Source: an uncultured candidate division Zixibacteria bacterium (GTDB lineage: Bacteria > Zixibacteria > MSB-5A5 > UBA10806 > 4484-95). From it: a DNA stretch of 64,000 nucleotides. How positions within the stretch are numbered: the stretch's first letter is position 1; every line of letters starts with the position of its first letter. The notes under the pieces are model-generated. The model was not told the origin of the DNA, searched no databases, and saw only the letters and a list, made by a program, of their open reading frames with translations. The DNA lies in NCBI GenBank assembly GCA_963668625.2, contig CAXXKA010000006.1, positions 352,001-416,000 on the forward strand, read 5' to 3'. Below, one piece after another: positions 52,734 through 61,402 of the stretch. The position numbers and the translations under genes are program-made.

Positions 52734-55700
52734 ATTTAGGAATATTGAACCAGTATAGAACAAGTTGTGGAACGTTGATTTTCGGTTAATTAATTATGAA
52801 TAGCATTCAGGGGGGCTTTTAGGAGAAAAATGAACGCGCATTGGTATTATGCATCTATATGTCGTGTTTGCTATTGTATCAAACGCTGATGATGGAACTT
52901 GGTAACAAATTGTGGAACGGTAAAAGATTGTAGCGCATCCCGTAGATAGCGAATACAATCTATGCAGGCACCATAGCAAATGGAATTTATAAATCCATTG
53001 ATGGTGGTAACTGGAATCATTTATCTGATGTGCTTTATCACAATTCGTGAAATTGGAATTCAATCCTGGTTTACACGATGTACGCTGCTGCTGCTGGTGG
53101 ATAATGTAACAATTCAGGTGAGACATGGATGAAAGATTTATATCCTCCGGGAAATGTGGATGGTATTTATGAGGCAATTCTTGTACATTCTGTAGAGCCA
53201 AATTTTGTGGCTGGTGGAGTTTGCCACTTGGAAGTCTATTGATGGTTCAGATACATGGCTAAGAAATGGATTTGCCGTATGGTTAGGTACAACTGCTTTT
53301 GCCATCGATAATAATAATGTTATTTATATTAGGCACAGTACTAGAACATATTTGGTTATGGAAGTTGGAAATTCGAAGATATGGGGCAATCCTGGTTAGA
53401 ATAATTCAAAATAACATTGATACCGTTGGATATGGGGCAGATATTGAAGTTGATCCCCAGAATTCAGATATGCTCGTATCTAGGTAGATTTATACTGGAA
53501 ACAAACGCGCTATTCAGCGTGTGTATTTAGCATCTACTAATGGAGGTGTATCTTGCTATTGATATCAAACCGGAACTCAGATATATCATCATGACTTTAA
53601 CAAATTTCGCCAATTAATAGTCATATTATTTATCTTGGTACCAAGGAAGATGGTATTTTTAAAAGATTGATTTGTATTCATACCGATAAATAATGGACTG
53701 AGAGTACAATCAAATAGCAGGCACCATAGCAAATCGACTCTCTCAGTAATATCCATTTATGGTTGAACTGGAACATTTCATGATGGTGCTTTACAAGAGT
53801 GTAAACGAGGGCGAATCCTGGGAAAAAATAAGCGATAATCATTCCTTTTGCGTTGAGACACGATGATGCTGTCTGGTGAATTATTTTAATGAAGGTGAAG
53901 CAATTCAGGTGCGGCAAGAAATGGTTTATTGCCACATCTGATATGGAAAGTCATGGGAAATCGTTGATATAGAATTACCGATGTACCATGAGGTATCTTC
54001 AATTAATTCGATTTATTCGATAGTGAAATTATTGTACGCTTCAACTTCAGTTAACGATGGAGCTATTACAATCCATCACTGCAGGGAAGTCTTCATTTGA
54101 TGGCGGACAAGACATGGCATTTCAGCGATACATGGGTTACCTGATGATATCAGTTGTAAGGTACAACTGCTATTTGCATATAGATAGGAATAATAATTTT
54201 CTTGGGATCAACTAGGCCTATTAGATGACATGGAAGTACTTTCATATTTGGAATATTATGGGGATGGGAGAATAGTCTTCCAGAAACAATATTGATGCAT
54301 TGGATATGGGGCAGATATTGATGTTGATCCCAATGGGACATTCAGATAAAATGTATCTTGGTAGGTTTGTCCTGGTATTCAGTATTTCTATCAAATAATA
54401 GAGGTGAACATTGGCAGGAGGTGTCCAGATTCCAACACCCGAGGTAGAATCAGATAACCGATCATGCATTGACTTTAAAAATTTCATCCTACAAATAGTC
54501 AAATTATTTATATGTTTGCTACCTAGGACGTATGGTAGTGTTCAAATCAATCAATGGCTGGGACAAGATTGGGAGAACGATTAGTAATAATTTACCCTTT
54601 GAGAGTAGCGCGTCGATTTGAAATCTGGCTCTGGCAATCAGTTTATATAACCCCGATAATATTTGGGAATATGTTCTAATAACTGTGGTATTTATCAAGT
54701 CGTATAATGAGTGGCGAAAGTCCTGGGAATCTTTTAATATTGGAATGCGATACTATTCCACGGACGTTGAGCCAAATGATACTTCGCTTATGATGATACA
54801 ACTATTATGTATTATGCCTCATCTAAAAGCTCCGTCTGGTCAATCACACGCACACGGTTTATTCGTGGGCATTGATGATGGAAAGTCATGGTAACCCTCC
54901 CTACGCAGTACAGCCTTACCGGCCTACCCCAAGGTATCGTTCAACGCCACCACCAGTGATATCATTCACGCTAATCCAGCCCTCGCAGTTAACGCTGGAT
55001 ATTTACGATATCCTTGGCCGCCGGGCTGAGAGCCTTGTAGATGAGTTGATGCCCGCCGGGAATCACTCGGTGTTATGGCAGGCGATACAGGAGCTGTACC
55101 TCGATGATATCATTTCTATCGTATTGTGCCGGGGAGTATCATGATTCGCGAAAGATTACGCTGAATGAAGTAGTACTGTTACAATCGGATTCCAAATCAA
55201 GGCCTATTGACAATTAGATGGGTATTTATTGTAATATACAGATGAATAGTCTCCAGAAACAATAATATGCATTTTTTGAAATGGGACAACAATATAATAG
55301 TTGTTGGCGGAATGGCATTGTGCAAGGGTATCTATTATTTAATTAGATAAACATTGGCAGGATTATCTTAACACCTTAGGTAATAATGATCGGGGGGGTG
55401 CAAGTCCACCTTGCTTTCAAATGAACATCAGTTTGTTGTAATAGTTTTTGGTCGTTATAATGGATGTTCAAATCAATTAATTTGACAAGGATTACATTAG
55501 TAATAATATCGTTTTGACAGTATTGCGCAGTCGATTTGTTCTGGCCTGCTTTAACCCCGATAATTATTTTTAGGGGCTGGGTTTTGTAATCAACTGTGGT
55601 ATTTATGGACAATCGTCATAATGGTGGCAGTAAGTTATCTCTGCTGATGATGATTGGTGGCATACCCACTTGCACAGACTTGGCCAGTAACTATGACTCC

Positions 55701-56340
55701 GCTGTAATGAGATACAATATGTATTGGGTTTGGAATTCGATAGAACAAGCGAGACATCGGGGCATGCTATTGGGCATTAAGTATAGAATAATGGATGGTA
55801 ACCCTCCCTACAGCAGGTACAGTCTGTTTTTCAGATTCGCCACCACCAGCATAATTATTGCTTATACACAGCCAAACTCTATCAGGTAACGCTTGATATC
55901 TGTAGGATCAAGTTCCAGTCATGTCGCATCGCTTTTAATAGTAGCTGGAAGCCCAGGGTATTTCGAAGATAGTTCCTGGCATCACAGCTAATTATCGTGC
56001 AGGCGGCGCTAAGCTGTCCTCGGGGATATATTAACTATTGTTTTACTGCCGGGCATTATTTATGATTCGCAGATCGCGATTATCGCTGATCTGGATAGTA
56101 AAATGAAATGCTACAATATAGAAAATTGCTTTCAAAAAGGATTAATATGGCAAGTTACATTATTTATTGTATTATCACAGATGAATATTTTTACATATTT
56201 CAATTGTTCTTGAAATTTTGGTATTGCTGTTGCTCAGGAAAATACCTGGCATTGTACAAATGGCATCTGATGGTGGAAGCGTTGAATACAATGGAGTTAT
56301 CATCCCAATAATCATGATATATTTTTTATTGGTACTGTTC
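52734..56340 (+). other. Scrambled array unit(s): broken propeller gene, repeat R3 (~54921-55460) and a garbled duplicate of 56341-57040; probable assembly consensus artefact
   Basis: No long ORF; recognisable propeller fragments (e.g. IQNNIDTVGYGADIEVDPQN); dense indels; two sequences interleaved. Confidence 0.7.
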
Positions 56341-56344
56341 AGTT

Positions 56345-56755
56345 TTGTTCTGCTTTGTAAATGGGGCTGGGTTTTGTAATCAAGTTTATGGACAATGTCA
56401 AAGCAGTAACTATATCTCTGCTGATGATGATTATGGTGGCAACCCACTTGCACAGAGCAGTAACTATGATCCGTGTAATAGTAATGTGTATTGGGTTGTG
56501 GAATTCGATAGAACAAGCGAGACATCGGGGCATGCTATTATTAAGTATAGAATAATGGATGGTGTTACAGAGGTGTTGTCTGTTTTGATAGATTCCGATA
56601 ATTATGGTGCTTATACACACCAAACTCTATCAGGTCTTGAATCTGTAGGATCAAGTTCCAGTCATGTCGCATCGCTTTTAATAGTAGCTGGAAGCCCAGG
56701 GTATTTCGAAGATATTGAGGCAACAGCTAATTATCGTGCAGGCGGCGCTAATTAG
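56345..56755 (+). CDS. Small secreted Cys-containing protein (last array unit); true start lost in the scrambled region
   Basis: Shares DD.G.NPLAQ, YDPC, EFDRT, FE.I.A...YR.G with 49708-50181. Confidence 0.75.
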   Translation: MFCFVNGAGFCNQVYGQCQSSNYISADDDYGGNPLAQSSNYDPCNSNVYWVVEFDRTSETSGHAIIKYRIMDGVTEVLSVLIDSDNYGAYTHQTLSGLESVGSSSSHVASLLIVAGSPGYFEDIEATANYRAGGAN

Positions 56756-56826
56756 ATATATTAACTTTGTTTTAAAGCATTATTTATATCCAGATCGCGA
56801 TTATCGTGATCTGGATATAAAATGAA

Positions 56827-59166
56827 ATGCTACAATATAGAAAATTGCTTTCAAAAAGGATTAATATGGCAAGTTACATTGTTATGATCAAGAGAATAAT
56901 TTTTACAATTTCAATTGTTCTTAATTTTGGTATTGCTGTTGCTCAGGAAAATACCTGGCATACAAATGGACCTGATGGTGGAAGCGTTGTTACAATGGAG
57001 TTTCATCCCAATAATCATGATATATTTTTTATTGGTACTGTTCAAAATGGGATGTATAAAACAACTAATGGCGGGCAAAGCTGGCAACATATTGAGAATA
57101 ATGGCCTTTTCTCATGTATGCGTGATATTGCAATACACCCGAATTCACCTGATACTATTTTTGTAAGTACGACTACTGGCATTTATAGGTCAAATAACGG
57201 TGGAGTTGATTGGGAATTCGTGGAGTTGCCTGAATTTTCGTCAAATGAAATAAAGGTTATTAAATACCATCCCGAGAATCGCCAAATAATATTTGCTGGT
57301 GGTCCTATTAATACTTGGAAATCTCTTGATGGAGGGAATTCATGGGAATCTCTAACTGTACCGGTTTGGACAGGCATGGATGAAATAGAGATAAATCCTC
57401 AAAATAATGATGTTATTTATTTTATAGGTTCATCAATGGCGACTGGTAGAGGTGTATGGAAGAGCATAGATAGGGGAGCAACCTGGCTAAATATTCAAAA
57501 TAATATCGATAGTACTGGTGCACCTACTGATTTAACTCTTAATCCTGCCGATACGAGTATGTTAATGATATCTATGAATAATGTAGTAAATCCTGGCAAC
57601 CCATCGTTATATAGATCTACTAATTCAGGCGAGAGCTGGGTGGGTGTAGGTCCAGAGTCTTTATCCATTACCTATGCCACTAATGTAATGTTTTCTCCGC
57701 TTGAAACGAATACTGTTTATTTAGTATCAAAAGAGGATGGCGTTTTTAAAAGCGAGGATTTAGGAAATACCTGGAATAGTTATAGTGATGGGCTTAAGTT
57801 TAATCGAAATGCTACGATTGAAATAGATGAATCCAATTCTATTTTATATTTGGGAACATACTATGATGGAATATACAAGAGGCTTATTAATGAAGGTGGA
57901 TGGATAAAAATAAGTAAAAATATTAATGCCGCATCATGTATTCAACTAGATATTTGTAGCCTTGATGACAACTCAGGCTACGTTTCAGCCACGAATGGAT
58001 TGTTTAAAACAAATGACATGGGAGAGACATGGCTATTTTTAGATATTGGTATGTCGATTTATACTGGAAATAGTGGTATTGCTATTGATAAATATCAGAA
58101 CAATATAATATATGTATCATCATCGCATAGATCATTGTACCCTATTGAAGACGCAGGATTTTATATTTCTGAGGATTCCGGATCAACATGGAACTTTTAT
58201 AATTCTGGTTTGCCTGGAAATATTTCTTATAGAGATATATGTATATCATACCTGTCTGAGAATGAAAAAAGAATATTCCTCATTTCCTCAGAGGGATTAT
58301 ACTATTCTGATGACTTGGGTCGAAATTGGCAGTTAAATATTAGCTTGCCGACGAGTATTTATTTAGAAGTAATTGATATAGCTACTTCAAACTCGAATTG
58401 TATTGCTGTTGGTGATCATGATAATAATGTTTATATATCGGAGGATTTAGGCGATACTTGGAATCAAACTGGAGAGCTGCCCGATTTTGAGCACCATGAG
58501 TATATAATTGATATCGAGTTTGATCCGATTGATGAAAATCATATATTTGTTGCTAGTTGTTATTTAGGTTTATTTGAATCGACTAATGGAGGTGAGGAAT
58601 GGCGTAATATTAATAATAATGTGCCATTAGACCCAGCAATTAGTATAATATCTGGAATTGTGATTAATCCCAATAATTTACAAAATATTTTTGTAGCCTC
58701 AAATCACTATGGTATTTACCGAAGCTTTAATGGAGGACAGAATTGGGAGTCTTTTAATAATGGGATGGATACAACTGATGGTGTTGGTGAAATGATTCTC
58801 ATTCCGGGTGACACAACTAAGTTTTACTTTGCATCATCGCAAAGATCAATTTGGACTTTTAAACAAACTTCCACTGATATCATTGTTAACAATGCAATTC
58901 TCCCCACGCAGTACAACCTCTCAACTTACCCCAACCCGTTTAACGCCTCAACAAACATATCATTCACACTGATCCAGCCCTCGCAGGTTACGCTTGATAT
59001 CTACGATATACTCGGCCGACGGGCGGAGAGCCTGGTTGACTGGTACCTGCCCGCCGGTAACCACTCGGTGTTATGGCAGGCGGGGGAGCTGCCCTCGGGG
59101 ATATATTTCTATCGTATTACTGCCGGGGAGTATCATGATTCGCGAAAGATTACGCTGCTGAAGTGA
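56827..59166 (+). CDS. Secreted BNR/Asp-box beta-propeller with T9SS-type CTD (likely start 56884)
   Basis: Collinear paralog of 50245-52538 (WxTNGPxGG.., S.D.G.TW repeats); TYPNPFNA..RKITLLK. Confidence 0.85.
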   Translation: MLQYRKLLSKRINMASYIVMIKRIIFTISIVLNFGIAVAQENTWHTNGPDGGSVVTMEFHPNNHDIFFIGTVQNGMYKTTNGGQSWQHIENNGLFSCMRDIAIHPNSPDTIFVSTTTGIYRSNNGGVDWEFVELPEFSSNEIKVIKYHPENRQIIFAGGPINTWKSLDGGNSWESLTVPVWTGMDEIEINPQNNDVIYFIGSSMATGRGVWKSIDRGATWLNIQNNIDSTGAPTDLTLNPADTSMLMISMNNVVNPGNPSLYRSTNSGESWVGVGPESLSITYATNVMFSPLETNTVYLVSKEDGVFKSEDLGNTWNSYSDGLKFNRNATIEIDESNSILYLGTYYDGIYKRLINEGGWIKISKNINAASCIQLDICSLDDNSGYVSATNGLFKTNDMGETWLFLDIGMSIYTGNSGIAIDKYQNNIIYVSSSHRSLYPIEDAGFYISEDSGSTWNFYNSGLPGNISYRDICISYLSENEKRIFLISSEGLYYSDDLGRNWQLNISLPTSIYLEVIDIATSNSNCIAVGDHDNNVYISEDLGDTWNQTGELPDFEHHEYIIDIEFDPIDENHIFVASCYLGLFESTNGGEEWRNINNNVPLDPAISIISGIVINPNNLQNIFVASNHYGIYRSFNGGQNWESFNNGMDTTDGVGEMILIPGDTTKFYFASSQRSIWTFKQTSTDIIVNNAILPTQYNLSTYPNPFNASTNISFTLIQPSQVTLDIYDILGRRAESLVDWYLPAGNHSVLWQAGELPSGIYFYRITAGEYHDSRKITLLK
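58926..59166 (+). repeat. Array repeat R4 (CTD segment only)
   Basis: Highly similar to the CTD part of R1/R2, but the downstream sequence is unrelated. Confidence 0.85.
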
Positions 59167-59287
59167 TATTCGATAGTAGAGGTAAATCGCCACGCCCATC
59201 CCCCTGGATTCCGGGTCAAGCCCGGAATGATATACTTTGACGACCGGTATGATTATACTTCTATATCAATTGTAAGCGCTATCTAGA

Positions 59288-60274
59288 TCAGTACTTTCTT
59301 CGGCGTTCCACCATATAGTTGGAGCCGGCCTTGGTCTTGGTGAACTTCTTCAAGTCGGCCATCATGTGGCTCATCTCGGCGATATGCTTGAACGCTTTGC
59401 GCTGATTGGGTATCACCGCGATTGAGATAGTCATCAGCGGGAATTTCTCCAGCACACCGCGACGGTCGGGTACCTCTATCCAGCCTCGGTCGCGGTCCTC
59501 CTGAAGGTAACGAATCGGGATCATTTTATCGAATGTCGAGATGATGTTCTTGCAAACTATATCGACTTTATCCAGCGGTATTACGAATATGAAATCATCC
59601 CCGCCAATATGCCCGACGAAACCGTTGTAGACCAGGTCATGAACCGTTGTTTTTATGATATGCGAGGTCATCAGGATGATTTTATCACCGTAGACATAAC
59701 CGTAATAATCGTTGTATGCTTTGAAATTATCGAGATCGCCATAGCACACTGCTACCTTTTCGCCGCTGTTTAACCTGATATTCGTTTCGTTTTCGATAGC
59801 CGCCGGGCCGGGAAGTTTGGTCGTTGGGTTTACGCTTAAATCCCGGATCGACCGCGAGATCAACATCTGCATTTTGGCGGTAACGAGTTCATAGTCCCAG
59901 AAATTCGTGATTACATCATCCACGCCGTTATTGAATGCCTCGATGATTAGTTTCTTTTCCGGCGAGGGATGGAAGAAAACCACCGGTATGAACTGAAGAG
60001 TCGAGTCGCGTTTAATATGAGGGAGAAGCTCCATCATCCAATTAGCCTGAGAGTTGCCGGCAATAACTATCATCTCGAGCATAGTCCGCTGGCAGATCGT
60101 GTATAGTTCGTCGAAATTACTAAAAGGATGTATGATAACCTCGTATTTACGAATACTACGAATTATACGATCCTCAACAGCGGTTCCACGCTGCATTAAA
60201 GCGCAATGGAAAGTAGGGCTATGTTTTTTCTGGGGCTGTATCGATGACTGTTTTTTCGCTACTAGATTTTCCAT
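59288..60274 (-). CDS. GGDEF-domain protein with receiver-like N-terminal domain
   Basis: NPTTKLPG, DLDNFKAYNDYYG..GD, HIGGDDF. Confidence 0.85.
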   Translation of the reverse strand: MENLVAKKQSSIQPQKKHSPTFHCALMQRGTAVEDRIIRSIRKYEVIIHPFSNFDELYTICQRTMLEMIVIAGNSQANWMMELLPHIKRDSTLQFIPVVFFHPSPEKKLIIEAFNNGVDDVITNFWDYELVTAKMQMLISRSIRDLSVNPTTKLPGPAAIENETNIRLNSGEKVAVCYGDLDNFKAYNDYYGYVYGDKIILMTSHIIKTTVHDLVYNGFVGHIGGDDFIFVIPLDKVDIVCKNIISTFDKMIPIRYLQEDRDRGWIEVPDRRGVLEKFPLMTISIAVIPNQRKAFKHIAEMSHMMADLKKFTKTKAGSNYMVERRRKY

Positions 60275-61152
60275 TTTTCCCTCGGATGAAACTCCTTATG
60301 CTCGGCGATTATAAAATCCCGATCCAAATGAGTATATATTTCTGTAGTAGATATATCGGCATGACCGAGTAATTCCTGCACTGCAAGAAGGTCAGCGCCA
60401 CCCGCCAATAGATGCGATGCGAAACTATGACGTAACGTATGAGGGGAGACATCTTTGGATATATTCGCTAAAAGACAATATTTCTTTACAATCCGCCAGC
60501 CAGCCATTCTCTGGAGAGGATTTCCACGGTTGCCCAGAAAGATAAAATCGGCGCTTTTTGAATTGGATAATTGGGTTCTGGAATCTTTTATATAGTTGTT
60601 CAAACTGTTCCAACCGGCCTTACCAAGTGGTACGACACGTTCTTTTTTGCCTTTGCCATACAGTTTCACGAGCATCATTTCCGATATCAAGTCTGCCAAA
60701 TGGCAATTCAGGGCTTCGCTAATCCTGGCGCCGGTGCCGTATAGAAATTCCAATAAGGCTTTATCACGAAGGCCGAGTTTGGTACCGGTATCGGGAAGGG
60801 AAAGGATTTTCAGCACCTGCTCTATCGTTAGTGTTTCCGGGAGGTTACGATATAATTTCGGTCCGGCGATACCGGCGGCCGGGTTCGATTCGATTTTGCC
60901 GGTACGAAAAGCGTATTTGAAAAGCCCTTTCACGGCGCTTAAGTTCCTGGCAATAGAGCCTGAGGATAAGCCTTCTTTTTGGAGTTTTAGTAAATAGTCG
61001 GTGATATCCAACGAGGTGATTTCAGCCGGATGTTTATTATCAGAGTATGTGGCAAATTTGGATAAATCCCTACCGTAAGCCTCTACGCTGTTAATTGAGG
61101 CGGCTCTTTCCAGCCTCAGGCTCTCCAGATACAATTCGATTAATTCATTCAT
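60262..61152 (-). CDS. xerD: Site-specific tyrosine recombinase XerD
   Basis: YGTGARISE, GKGKKERVVP, SPHTLRHSFASHLL.GGADL..VQELLGHADISTTEIYTH..HPR. Confidence 0.85.
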   Translation of the reverse strand: MNELIELYLESLRLERAASINSVEAYGRDLSKFATYSDNKHPAEITSLDITDYLLKLQKEGLSSGSIARNLSAVKGLFKYAFRTGKIESNPAAGIAGPKLYRNLPETLTIEQVLKILSLPDTGTKLGLRDKALLEFLYGTGARISEALNCHLADLISEMMLVKLYGKGKKERVVPLGKAGWNSLNNYIKDSRTQLSNSKSADFIFLGNRGNPLQRMAGWRIVKKYCLLANISKDVSPHTLRHSFASHLLAGGADLLAVQELLGHADISTTEIYTHLDRDFIIAEHKEFHPREKWKI

Positions 61153-61215
61153 CACGATAGATTATATAAAACAAAGATGGCTATAGTCAATTACAGATAA
61201 AAATCCCTTGCTGGA

Positions 61216-61330
61216 GGTACTGTTGAAAAAGTTGTTTGCACAAGTCGTTGAGCGGACGAAGTCCTTAGTTCATCCTTTGCCGACGACATACTGCATGTAT
61301 GCAGCAGGAAGAAAAGGATTCCTTCCTGCT
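61216..61330 (-). repeat. MITE-like dispersed repeat, copy E (inverted, partial)
   Basis: TGTTGAAAAAG end, GTCGTTGAGCGGACGAAGTCCTTAGTTCATCCTTTGCCGACGACATACTGCATG core, GCAGGAAG..CTTCCTGC hairpin. Confidence 0.72.
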
Positions 61331-61345
61331 CACTGGATTACGGAT

Positions 61346-61374
61346 AAAAAAAGCCCCCTGCAATACAGGGGGCT
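61346..61374 (-). terminator. Intrinsic terminator downstream of the 61403 gene
   Basis: AGCCCCCTG-CAATA-CAGGGGGCT with an A7 run on the + strand. Confidence 0.75.
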
Positions 61375-61402
61375 AAGATACAATGGAATTTGTCGCCTAA
61401 AT

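Noticed and set aside
52794-56623. Short ORFs called in the scrambled region
   Set aside because: They are chance frames or fragments of a broken propeller, small gene or CTD, and the underlying sequence is probably unreliable.
48304-59166. Diversity-generating retroelement explanation for the repeated 3' gene ends
   Set aside because: No reverse transcriptase in the window, all copies are coding CTDs, and differences are mostly synonymous rather than adenine-specific.
60262-61152. XerD as an integron-like integrase for the array
   Set aside because: It has ordinary XerD length and motifs, with no IntI-type insertion; I found no attC or dif-like sites in the repeats.
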